From positions 3,818 to 67,817 of the forward strand of contig CAVACC010000001.1 of NCBI GenBank assembly GCA_963587495.1: DNA of 64,000 nt. The letters run 5' to 3'. The stretch's first letter is position 1, and each line of letters starts with the position of its first letter. Of the stretch, positions 46,016 to 57,110 are shown piece by piece. Both the position numbers and the translations under genes were made by a program. The notes beneath the pieces are model-generated. The model saw only the letters and a program-made list of their open reading frames with translations. It was not told where the DNA came from and made no database searches. This DNA is from Clostridia bacterium. GTDB taxonomy: Bacteria; Bacteroidota; Bacteroidia; Bacteroidales; Bacteroidaceae.

Positions 46016-48736
46016 TTATTCCTCTACAGCAGCCTGAGCCGCAGCCAAGCGTGCAATAGGCACACGGAATGGAGAGCAAGACACATAATTCAAGCCTACC
46101 TTGTGACAGAACTTAACAGATGAAGGCTCACCGCCATGCTCACCACAGATACCACATTTGAGATCTGGACGAGTGCCACGACCCTTCTTGACAGCCATCT
46201 CTACCAACTGACCAACACCTGTCTGGTCGAGAACCTGGAATGGATCAACATTCAGAATCTTCTTCTCCAAGTAAACAGGCAAGAAGCTGGCAATGTCGTC
46301 ACGGCTGTAGCCGAATGTCATCTGAGTCAAGTCGTTAGTACCGAAACTGAAGTACTCAGCCTTCTTGGCAATATAGTCGGCAGTAAGGGCTGCACGAGGA
46401 ATCTCAATCATGGTACCTACCTTGAATGGAATCTCAATGCCTTCCTGCTCGAAGAGTTCCTTAGCTGTGCTGCGGATTACCTGCTCCTGCATATCAAACT
46501 CGTTGACGATACCGATAAGAGGAACCATGATCTCAGGCTGAGGATCGAAGCCTTCCTTCTTCAACTGGATGGCTGCACCCAGGATAGCCTTTGTCTGCAT
46601 AGCGGTAATCTCAGGATAGGTATTACCCAGACGGCAACCACGATGACCCAACATTGGGTTGGCCTCGCTCAGAGAGTTGACACGCTTCTGGATTTCCTCA
46701 ACAGAGATACCCATTTCTTCAGCCATCGTCTTCTGACCTGCCAAATCGTGAGGAACGAACTCATGCAAAGGAGGATCGAGCAAACGAACGTTTACAGGAT
46801 GACCGTCCATAGCCTTCAAGATGCCATAGAAATCCTGCTTCTGATAAGGAAGAAGCTTGGCGAGCGCCTTCTCTCGACCTTCCTTTGTACCAGAAAGAAT
46901 CATCTCGCGCATGGCCTTGATCTTCTCATTCTCAAAGAACATATGCTCAGTACGGCACAAACCGATACCTACAGCACCAAAGTTGCGTGCCACCTCAGCA
47001 TCATGAGGCGTATCAGCATTGGTACGAACTACCAACTTGGTATATTTATCGCAAAGGTTCATCAACTCAGCAAAGTCACCTGTCACCTCTGCAGGCTTGG
47101 TCTTTACCTCACCATTATAAACCTCACCAGTAGAACCATTCAGAGAAATGAAATCACCCTCGCGAAGCAGCACTCCGTCGATTTCTACTGTACGGGCCTT
47201 ATAGTCTACATTGATTGCGCCGGCACCTGACACGCAGCACTTACCCATACCACGAGCCACAACGGCAGCATGAGAAGTCATACCTCCACGAGCCGTCAAG
47301 ATACCTTCGGCAGCATTCATACCAGCCAAGTCCTCCGGGCTGGTCTCGATACGAACCATGATTACACGGTGTCCACTCTCATGCCACTTCTCTGCATCAT
47401 CAGCAAAGAATACAATCTGGCCGCTTGCTGCACCAGGCGAAGCTGGCAAACCGCGAGTCAGCACCTTGGCCTGCATCTGAGCTGTCTTATCGAATACAGG
47501 GTGCAGAAGTTCATCAAGCTTGTTGGGTTCACAACGCTCAAGGGCTGTCTTCTCATCTATTTCGCCCTCGTGGAGCAAGTCCATGGCAATCTTAACCATA
47601 GCAGTTCCAGTACGCTTACCGTTACGAGTCTGAAGGAACCAGAGATGGCCTTCCTGTACGGTGAACTCCATATCCTGCATATCATGATAGTGCTTCTCCA
47701 ACTTGTTCTGGATATCATTGAGCTGAGCATAAATCTCTGGCATATTCTCTTCCATAGAAGGATATTTTGTGGCGCGAGTCTCCTCGTCGATGCCCTGGAG
47801 TTTTGCCCAACGTATAGAACCTTCCTTAGTAATCTGCTGTGGTGTACGGATACCGGCAACCACGTCCTCGCCCTGGGCATTGACGAGATACTCACCATTG
47901 AAGAGATTCTCACCTGTTGCTGCATCACGGCTGAAGCAAACACCTGTTGCTGAAGTGTCGCCCATATTACCGAATACCATTGCCATAACAGATACTGCTG
48001 TACCCCACTCTGCAGGAATGCCTTCCATCTTGCGATAAAGGATGGCACGCTCGTTCATCCAGCTGTCGAACACGGCACAGATAGCGCCCCAAAGCTGATC
48101 CATAGGATTGTCGGGGAAGTCCTTACCTGTCTGCTGCTTAATAGCTGTCTTGAATGCCTTGACGAGTTGCTTCAGTTCTTCGACTGTCATTTCGTTGTCG
48201 AGAGTGATTCCGCGCTGCTTCTTCACGTCCATGATAATAGCCTCGAATGGATCGATGTCTTCCTTGTTGACAGGCTTCATGCCAAGCACAACGTCGCCAT
48301 ACATCTGTACGAAACGACGATAGCTGTCGTAAGCGAAACGCTCATTGCCAGTCTTGCGAGCCAATCCCTCTACCACCTCGTCGTTCAAACCAAGGTTGAG
48401 GATAGTATCCATCATGCCTGGCATAGAAGCACGGGCACCGGAACGAACGCTGACAAGGAGAGGATTCTCCACGTCACCGAACTTCGAGTTCATCAAAGTC
48501 TCAATATGCTGAACCGCCTTCTCTACTTCTTCTTTGAGAAGAGCTACAACGTCTTCCTTGCCTTTTTCAAAGTATTCATTACAAACATCGGTTGTGATCG
48601 TAAAACCTGGAGGAACGGGAACACCAATAAGATTCATCTCTGCCAAGTTGGCTCCCTTACCACCAAGCAAGTTTCTCATGTCGGCCTTGCCTTCTGCCTT
48701 ACCATTACCAAAGGTATAAACTCTTTTTTCACTCAT
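46016..48736 (-). CDS. ppdK: Pyruvate, phosphate dikinase
   Basis: LGGKGANLAEM, SVRSGARASMPGMM, GGMTSHAAVVARG, GLCRTEHMF, FSFGTNDLTQ, GICGEHGG. Confidence 0.97.
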   Translation of the reverse strand: MSEKRVYTFGNGKAEGKADMRNLLGGKGANLAEMNLIGVPVPPGFTITTDVCNEYFEKGKEDVVALLKEEVEKAVQHIETLMNSKFGDVENPLLVSVRSGARASMPGMMDTILNLGLNDEVVEGLARKTGNERFAYDSYRRFVQMYGDVVLGMKPVNKEDIDPFEAIIMDVKKQRGITLDNEMTVEELKQLVKAFKTAIKQQTGKDFPDNPMDQLWGAICAVFDSWMNERAILYRKMEGIPAEWGTAVSVMAMVFGNMGDTSATGVCFSRDAATGENLFNGEYLVNAQGEDVVAGIRTPQQITKEGSIRWAKLQGIDEETRATKYPSMEENMPEIYAQLNDIQNKLEKHYHDMQDMEFTVQEGHLWFLQTRNGKRTGTAMVKIAMDLLHEGEIDEKTALERCEPNKLDELLHPVFDKTAQMQAKVLTRGLPASPGAASGQIVFFADDAEKWHESGHRVIMVRIETSPEDLAGMNAAEGILTARGGMTSHAAVVARGMGKCCVSGAGAINVDYKARTVEIDGVLLREGDFISLNGSTGEVYNGEVKTKPAEVTGDFAELMNLCDKYTKLVVRTNADTPHDAEVARNFGAVGIGLCRTEHMFFENEKIKAMREMILSGTKEGREKALAKLLPYQKQDFYGILKAMDGHPVNVRLLDPPLHEFVPHDLAGQKTMAEEMGISVEEIQKRVNSLSEANPMLGHRGCRLGNTYPEITAMQTKAILGAAIQLKKEGFDPQPEIMVPLIGIVNEFDMQEQVIRSTAKELFEQEGIEIPFKVGTMIEIPRAALTADYIAKKAEYFSFGTNDLTQMTFGYSRDDIASFLPVYLEKKILNVDPFQVLDQTGVGQLVEMAVKKGRGTRPDLKCGICGEHGGEPSSVKFCHKVGLNYVSCSPFRVPIARLAAAQAAVEE

Positions 48737-48780
48737 AGTTGAATAGGTTTGTTATTTTTAGTTATTGTTATTTTTTATGA

Positions 48781-48790
48781 TGCAAATATA
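48781..48790 (-). promoter_or_regulatory. -7 promoter box for ppdK
   Basis: TATATTTGCA on the minus strand. Confidence 0.6.
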
Positions 48791-49059
48791 CAACTTTTAT
48801 TCTGTTCCACCAAACATAAAACCAACTTTTTGCTATCTCTACATTACATTTCAGGTTGTTTACGTACACACAGGCACATTTTAAAGAGCAATCAACCCTA
48901 CTGCTCTATAAAAGCAACTTTATCACACATTCAGCAACAGCCTTTCAGCTTTCCTGCCTGTAACAACAAAGAAAAGATTCCACGGCCCAATACACCTTAT
49001 TATATATAGACCGTGGAATATTGTTATGATTGCCAAGCGGGCAACGTTAAGAAAAGCGA

Positions 49060-50337
49060 TTACAGTTTGGAGAGACGATCCAGATAATATTCTCTTACGT
49101 CATTCCAATGATAGTAAGGCCACATCTCAGTCTTCACAGCCACATGCACTTCCTTCTCATTGTGAAGGAACTTCACCAGGATGTCGCCTTTCTTGTTCTC
49201 GAAGAAAACAATCTGGATATTCGCCGCCATCGGAGAAGCCTTGAAGTCGCACCAATGCTTGTACACCTCGGTTGGTCCGGCTACTGACGCATCAAAGTTT
49301 TCTACCTGCAGCAGCGCCAACAAAGGAATCACGTTGCCGTCATGACCGAAACGCAAAGTGGCGGCAATCGACCGGTTCTTGATAGCAGAATCTGCCGACT
49401 CGATGATATTATGAACCAAAGACTTGGAGTTTGCCATCACAAGGCCCTTGCTTGCCAAAGGATTGGCATTGCCCATATAGAATCGGTAGTTGACGCACTG
49501 CCACAAATCGAACATCTCCTGTGCCGTGAACAGATCATAGAAAGACAATGGAGTCTCAATGTCCTGCATGTCTACAGCAATCCAGTACAAACTCCACATC
49601 AAGTCACGAGGATTTACCTCACAACGTATAAAGTCGGCATCGGAGAAGAGTGAAGCCACCAGACGGTCGGGCTTTACCTGAGCCTCTTCAAACTTGCGAT
49701 ACTCCTCTACCCATGGACCTTTCTCTCCATGAGTGAAAACATTCGACTTGTCAGAATGAAAGTTAAGATAATTCATGTATTTCTCGCTCATCTCGTAGCT
49801 GATGTCGAGTTGAGGATACAATCCCTTGAGACGGTCGCCGAAAGCAGCCATACTCATTGCGCAACGGTAAACTACTGTAGAACGGGCAGAAACGTGACGT
49901 TTGCCACGGAACACCTCAGGAAAGTTCTTTGCCATTCGCTCTGCGATGCCCTGATGCTGACGCACACCAAGAGGAGTCAAATCTCCAGCACGACCCTGAG
50001 CCTCAGCCCAAACCTGCTCCAGACGGTTCAGCACATCCTTGCCCAAAGTGGTAAGACCGTTCACTGCATCAGCTTTCTGCATCAGTTGGAGAACCCACAG
50101 ATAATCTCTGTCACCCAAAAGATAACGGGAACCATGTCTTCCGTAATGACTCACATAAAACGGCTTATAGCCTTTTGGAGCTGGAGTCAACTTTGCTTCC
50201 ACCTTGGGATAAGCCAGATAAACACCACCAGCCTTATTCAGATCAGCACTAATTTCCTCAAAAGTTGTCTGCGCATGAACGCCCAGACCAAAAGTAGCCA
50301 CCATGATGGCTAATACTTTCATTCTAAGTTTCTTCAT
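49060..50337 (-). CDS. Exported histidine acid phosphatase family protein
   Basis: Signal peptide, HYGRHGSRY (RHGxR), LRFGHD. Confidence 0.87.
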   Translation of the reverse strand: MKKLRMKVLAIMVATFGLGVHAQTTFEEISADLNKAGGVYLAYPKVEAKLTPAPKGYKPFYVSHYGRHGSRYLLGDRDYLWVLQLMQKADAVNGLTTLGKDVLNRLEQVWAEAQGRAGDLTPLGVRQHQGIAERMAKNFPEVFRGKRHVSARSTVVYRCAMSMAAFGDRLKGLYPQLDISYEMSEKYMNYLNFHSDKSNVFTHGEKGPWVEEYRKFEEAQVKPDRLVASLFSDADFIRCEVNPRDLMWSLYWIAVDMQDIETPLSFYDLFTAQEMFDLWQCVNYRFYMGNANPLASKGLVMANSKSLVHNIIESADSAIKNRSIAATLRFGHDGNVIPLLALLQVENFDASVAGPTEVYKHWCDFKASPMAANIQIVFFENKKGDILVKFLHNEKEVHVAVKTEMWPYYHWNDVREYYLDRLSKL

Positions 50338-50522
50338 GAATTCGTTTAATTTATAGTTTTAAATTGTCAGTTAGTATACATTGATATCATGTTATTTCTT
50401 CTGCTTGAAACATTTCTTGCTCTAAACGACTACAAAGATAATACAATTAAACGATTCCACCATCATTTTTTTCCCCCAAAAACCTCAATATTCGGCTTTT
50501 ACTCTGCTTTATACCGATTTCA

Positions 50523-50637
50523 GTCATAATAGATGACCAAAGCCGGTCATAATAGACGACCAAAGCCGATCATAATAGATGACCAAAGCCGGTCATAATA
50601 GACGACCAAAGCCAGTCGTAATAGACGACCAAAGACG
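50523..50637. repeat. Five tandem 23-bp units
   Basis: GTCATAATAGAYGACCAAAGCCG-like x5 with no spacers. Confidence 0.9.
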
Positions 50638-50762
50638 AGGCACAAGAGAAGAACAACATCGGACACAAATAAAACCCGACAAGTACTTAGTAACCAAACG
50701 ACTTGCAGAAAGACTAAGGATAAAAAATATCTACAAGTCTTTCATGGTTCACATTTTTTTTG

Positions 50763-50772
50763 TAACTTTGCA
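50763..50772 (+). promoter_or_regulatory. -7 promoter box for rlmD
   Basis: TAACTTTGCA. Confidence 0.65.
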
Positions 50773-50791
50773 ACCAAAATTTAAAAGAATC

Positions 50792-52396
50792 ATGGCAAGA
50801 AAGAAAAAACCATTACCATTACTCGAAAATGTCACCATAGAAGCCGTAGCCGCTGAGGGCAAGTGCATCACGCACGTAGACGACAAGGTTGTCTTCGTCC
50901 CCTTCTGTGTGCCGGGCGACATAGTAGACCTGCAGGTAGTAAAAAAGAAACATAAATACTGCGAAGCCAAGGTGGTTCGCTTCATCCAGAAAAGCGAAGT
51001 TCGTCAAGAGCCTATGTGCGAGCATTTCGGCATCTGCGGCGGCTGCAAATGGCAGAACCTTCCCTACGAGGAGCAAATCAAGGCCAAACAGCAACAGGTG
51101 GAAGACCAGCTCACACGCATCGGAAAGATAGAGCTGCCCGAGTTCCGTCCCATCATGGGAAGTGTAAAGACTCAGGAATATCGCAACAAGATAGAGTTCG
51201 GCTGCAGCAACAAACGCTGGTTCACAGCCGAGGAGCTCGCCCTGCTGCCAAAGAAAGAAGACGACACGGTGACCTCGCTCAAGGAACGCCATGCACAGAA
51301 TGCCATAGGTTTCCACATCACAGGCGCTTTCGACAAGATTTACCCCATCAAGAAATGCTGGCTGATGGACGATCTCTGCAACGAGATTCGCAACTTCGTC
51401 TTCGAGTATGCCGATTCGCATGACTATACTTTCTACGATCTTCGTGAACAGCACGGATTGTTGCGCGACATGATGATACGCAACTCCAACACCGGAGAAT
51501 GGATGCTCGTATTCCAGTTCCATTACGACGAGGAGGGCGATGAGCAGAAGGCTCTCGAACTGATGCAGCAAGTGGCCGACAAATTTCCACAGATCACATC
51601 ACTCATGTACGTGGACAATCAGAAGGGCAACGATACCTTCAACGATCTGGAGCTGAGCCTCTTCAAGGGCAACGACCATATCTTTGAGTTGATGGAAGAC
51701 CTGAAGTTCAAGGTCGGACCAAAGAGTTTCTATCAGACCAATACCGAACAGGCTTACCACTTGTACTGCGTGGCACGCGAGTTTGCCAACCTTACAGGCC
51801 AAGAACTCGTGTACGACCTCTATACAGGAACAGGAACCATAGCCAACTTTGTGGCACACAAAGCCAAGAAGGTAATAGGAATCGAATACGTGCCTGAGGC
51901 TATCGAAGATGCCAAAGTCAACTCGCAGGTAAACAATATCGAGAATACGCTCTTCTATGCAGGCGATATGAAGGACATTCTGACAAACGACTTCATCGCG
52001 CAGCATGGACGACCCGACGTCATCATCACCGATCCACCACGTGCAGGAATGCATCCAGATGTCATCCAAGTCATTCTGAATGCTGCCCCAGGCCGCATTG
52101 TATATGTAAGCTGCAACCCAGCTACTCAGGCACGCGACCTTCAACTGATGGACGACTATTACAAGGTAGGAGCCGTACAGCCCGTCGACATGTTCCCTCA
52201 TACACCGCATGTAGAGAACGTGGTACTGCTTGAAAAACGAAGCGATGCCGACATCAAGCAGAAACTCAAGGAGCGCAAGGAACGAGAGCAAGCGATAGCA
52301 GAAGCCAAAGCTGCCAAAGAGGCAGAGGCACTTGCCAAGGCAGAAGCTCAAGCTGAAGACCTGACCGAAGAAGAACTGAAAGCCTGCCAGGCTTAG
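50792..52396 (+). CDS. rlmD: 23S rRNA m5U1939 methyltransferase; start placed at ATG 50792
   Basis: TRAM domain, CEHFGICGGC, SFYQTN, DLYTGTGTI, DPPRAG, YVSCNPATQARD, DMFPHTPHVE. Confidence 0.93.
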   Translation: MARKKKPLPLLENVTIEAVAAEGKCITHVDDKVVFVPFCVPGDIVDLQVVKKKHKYCEAKVVRFIQKSEVRQEPMCEHFGICGGCKWQNLPYEEQIKAKQQQVEDQLTRIGKIELPEFRPIMGSVKTQEYRNKIEFGCSNKRWFTAEELALLPKKEDDTVTSLKERHAQNAIGFHITGAFDKIYPIKKCWLMDDLCNEIRNFVFEYADSHDYTFYDLREQHGLLRDMMIRNSNTGEWMLVFQFHYDEEGDEQKALELMQQVADKFPQITSLMYVDNQKGNDTFNDLELSLFKGNDHIFELMEDLKFKVGPKSFYQTNTEQAYHLYCVAREFANLTGQELVYDLYTGTGTIANFVAHKAKKVIGIEYVPEAIEDAKVNSQVNNIENTLFYAGDMKDILTNDFIAQHGRPDVIITDPPRAGMHPDVIQVILNAAPGRIVYVSCNPATQARDLQLMDDYYKVGAVQPVDMFPHTPHVENVVLLEKRSDADIKQKLKERKEREQAIAEAKAAKEAEALAKAEAQAEDLTEEELKACQA

Positions 52397-52420
52397 CAAT
52401 ATTCTCCCCCAACAACATTC

Positions 52421-52467
52421 CCTCCTCGGTAAGTCTGAAAGGACATGGATTTCCGAGGAGGACTTTT
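52421..52467 (+). terminator. Probable terminator after rlmD
   Basis: CCTCCTCGG...CCGAGGAGG followed by ACTTTT. Confidence 0.55.
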
Positions 52468-52562
52468 CCAAGAATCACAACACAATCTTAACTTATTAAG
52501 TGACGAAAAGAACAAATAATATTTTCGCCGTCACAAAACCAAAACAGAGAGACATATAAAAA

Positions 52563-53777
52563 ATGAAAAGAGTATTTCTGATGGCGACTCTACTCGCCAT
52601 GACTTTATTCTCGGCCTCAGCGCAGGAGAAAGAAAAGAGGTGCATACAACTGCCCTCATGGTTGGACAACCTGAAATTGTCGGGCTACGGCATGACACAG
52701 TATCAATACATCGGACAGGAAGGCGCAAAATCCAACACCTTCAACATCCGCATGGCGCGTATTGCACTCGAAGGCCGCATAGCTGGAGATTTCTACTGGA
52801 AAACCCAGATACAGTTTAATGGCAACACATCCAATTTGGGCAGCAGCCCAAGAATGGTTGACCTGTTTGCTGAATGGCAGAAATATGAGATGTTCAAGGT
52901 AAAGATCGGTCAGTTCAAAAACCCATTTACCTTCGAGAACCCCATGCACCCCATCGTACAGGGATTCATGAGCTACTCACAGAACGTAAGCAAGCTGGCT
53001 GGTTTCAGCGACCGTGCCGGAGAGCATGCCTCCAATGGCCGCGACATCGGACTACAGTTGCAGGGCGACTTCCTCAAGAACGCCAACGGCCGTAACCTGC
53101 TGCATTATCAAATAGGAGTGTTCAACGGACAAGGCATCAACACCAAGGACGTAGACAATCAGAAAAACATCATTGGCGGAGTATGGGTCATGCCTGTCAA
53201 AGGAATGCGCATCGGTGCTTTCGGATGGACCGGCTCCTATGCACGCAAGGGAACATGGAACGATGACGAGCAGGGCAATATCATATATCAGAAAGACGCT
53301 GCCGGAAACCCTGTTCTCGATGAAGAGGGAAATCCGAAGAAAGAAACTTTCTCGGGCGTACGCAAACTGTCACAAAACCGATATGCCTTCTCCTTCGAGT
53401 ACAACGTGAACGACTGGACACTCCGTTCAGAATACATTCATTCCACAGGTATGGCATTTGCCAAAAGCATCACCAACCACGGAGACGCCAACTCGAAAGA
53501 CTGCAATCTGAATGGCAAGATAGGCAATAAGGCCCAGGGTGTTTATGCACTCGTCATCGCCCCTATAGTGAGCAAGAAACTCTATGCCAAGGCACGTTAC
53601 GACATGTATCAGGCCAACGGCAAGACCGACATGATGAGAACCCAATATGAGGCTGGTCTGAATTATCATATCAGCAAGAACTTCACCATCCTCACAGAAT
53701 ATGCACTCATCAACGACCGCACTCTGCAGAAGCACAACTACTCCATGGCAGACGTAGAGGTTTGCTTCCGATTCTAA
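52563..53777 (+). CDS. Outer membrane porin (OprO/OprP-like)
   Basis: Signal peptide, FNIRMARIALEG, KIGQFKNPF, GRDIGLQ, GVFNGQG, C-terminal Phe. Confidence 0.78.
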   Translation: MKRVFLMATLLAMTLFSASAQEKEKRCIQLPSWLDNLKLSGYGMTQYQYIGQEGAKSNTFNIRMARIALEGRIAGDFYWKTQIQFNGNTSNLGSSPRMVDLFAEWQKYEMFKVKIGQFKNPFTFENPMHPIVQGFMSYSQNVSKLAGFSDRAGEHASNGRDIGLQLQGDFLKNANGRNLLHYQIGVFNGQGINTKDVDNQKNIIGGVWVMPVKGMRIGAFGWTGSYARKGTWNDDEQGNIIYQKDAAGNPVLDEEGNPKKETFSGVRKLSQNRYAFSFEYNVNDWTLRSEYIHSTGMAFAKSITNHGDANSKDCNLNGKIGNKAQGVYALVIAPIVSKKLYAKARYDMYQANGKTDMMRTQYEAGLNYHISKNFTILTEYALINDRTLQKHNYSMADVEVCFRF

Positions 53778-53890
53778 GGAAAAACAAAGCATCGGAAAGC
53801 AAGTCTGATCAACATAAAAAGAAAAACATTCAATAAAAAACGACTTGGCAGAAATGCCAAGTCGGAAATATTAACTATAAGTAAGAGATT

Positions 53891-54094
53891 ATGCAAATGG
53901 AATCAGAACAAAGTACACATCGTACACACCATTCACACCATACACATCAACACAGCAGCACGTCCATGCGTGCATGCAGCCCACGACACAAAAAGCGCTT
54001 GATATTTAGCAAGTTGCTATTCGCTTTTCTTCTCGTTTGCGCCCTGCTTGTCATTGCCGCCTGCGTATGGATTACGATTTATGGCATTTACTAA
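53891..54094 (+). CDS. Possible small His-rich single-pass membrane protein
   Basis: 67 aa; THRTHHSHHTHQH, basic RHKKR, one hydrophobic helix; its stop overlaps that of the convergent gene. Confidence 0.5.
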   Translation: MQMESEQSTHRTHHSHHTHQHSSTSMRACSPRHKKRLIFSKLLFAFLLVCALLVIAACVWITIYGIY

Positions 54095-55365
54095 AATGAA
54101 TAGGAGAAACCCACAGAGGCGAACTCCTTAAATTGCCAGTAGCTTTGACCATCCTTGCGTTTGGCCCCATCGTCGAATCGAGGATAGATAAAAACATTGG
54201 TGGAGATGTAGCGATTGAACTGAAAGGTTATCGTGTTCTCCCACTCCAATTCAGCACGTTTGTATGTGGTATAACCATACAAGCGTGTTTTCCATCTCAG
54301 ATTGTCGGCAAGCACCCAGTTCAGGTCGATCGTGCACTCAGAACCATAGTCGGTCATCCCATGATGCCCCTCATCAAGACCATATCGGGTGGCAAGGTCA
54401 GCACGGCCAACATACTTCCAGTTAAGCGCCAAAGGTGCTATATGCACACTTCCCTTAAGACGGTGGTTGAGCCAGTCTACAGAATAGTCCATACCGACAG
54501 AGAGGTTGAGATTGAATGGCGAGAAGAAATCAGAATAAATCTTTTCGTCATTACTCTTCACACCATGCGTAAACTGAGTCTGGGCAATGAGCTGAAGAGT
54601 GTAGTACCAACGCTTGGTTGCCTGCAGACCAACCTTGCCGGTATAACGTATCAAGTCTTCCGTAGTCTTGTACTTGTGAATAGTATCGCCACGCGATGTC
54701 TGATAGCCAAGACGCAATTCCAGCTTGTTGTCCCATTTCACCTTTTGCTTGTTGTTGTAGTTGGCCTGCATGGTTACACTACCCAAAAGCGAATAGTTAC
54801 TCTCGCCTCCCTTATACCAGTTGTCCGACACATAGTTCTGCAAGAACTGAAGATAATAGTCGCCCCTGAAAGTCCAGAAGTTAGGCTTCGTCACCAAAAT
54901 ATCCATCGGAGCCACAGAAGGCTCTATAGCCACTGGTGCGACCTCTTTAACAATATCTGTAGTAACATGACGTGGAGCTGGTTCTGAGACAATCGGTGCA
55001 CCCACGCTCTCAAGATGACTTTCGTGCACTCTCACCAAGTCGGGACGGTTCAGATACACATGCATCAGAGCCTGGTCGATAGCCGCCTGCAAAGAATCGG
55101 CAACAACACACTTCCCCGGAGCAAGCCGCAGAAAGCGGGCAGCAGGTTCATGATAAAAAGTAAGAGGAATAAAGAGTTGCGAATAACGACTATTGATCTT
55201 GGGCTTCACCAACGAGTCAATACGCTGTCTGCTTGCAGTCAACGAGTCCATATATTCTGCCACCCAGTCTTTCTCTACCTTTTTCTTGCCGTATCCACCC
55301 CTTTGTGCACATACCATACCTGTCACAAAAAAGGCCAACACTAATATATAATATCTTAAATTCAT
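54091..55365 (-). CDS. DUF3078-like outer membrane protein (start 55365, alternatively 55380)
   Basis: Signal peptide, QNYVSDNWYKGGESN, C-terminal GFSYSF. Confidence 0.75.
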   Translation of the reverse strand: MNLRYYILVLAFFVTGMVCAQRGGYGKKKVEKDWVAEYMDSLTASRQRIDSLVKPKINSRYSQLFIPLTFYHEPAARFLRLAPGKCVVADSLQAAIDQALMHVYLNRPDLVRVHESHLESVGAPIVSEPAPRHVTTDIVKEVAPVAIEPSVAPMDILVTKPNFWTFRGDYYLQFLQNYVSDNWYKGGESNYSLLGSVTMQANYNNKQKVKWDNKLELRLGYQTSRGDTIHKYKTTEDLIRYTGKVGLQATKRWYYTLQLIAQTQFTHGVKSNDEKIYSDFFSPFNLNLSVGMDYSVDWLNHRLKGSVHIAPLALNWKYVGRADLATRYGLDEGHHGMTDYGSECTIDLNWVLADNLRWKTRLYGYTTYKRAELEWENTITFQFNRYISTNVFIYPRFDDGAKRKDGQSYWQFKEFASVGFSYSF

Positions 55366-55497
55366 ACTATGCTTATTCATATTTGGGCACAAAGGTAACA
55401 AATAATTCATAAAAGCCACGCCAATATTTACAATAATTTTGGCTAATTCATAATTTTATAGTAACTTTGCAGCCAAAATATTCTAATTTAAATATAA

Positions 55498-57108
<1,611 letters not shown>

Positions 57109-57110
57109 AT

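Noticed and set aside
50523..50637. Possible CRISPR array (also considered for 17444-17535, 19162-19266 and 42710-42772)
   Set aside because: Units are head-to-tail with no unique spacers, and no cas genes are present in the window
50579..50791. 71-aa extension of RlmD
   Set aside because: It starts within the 23-bp array and spans the promoter box at 50763
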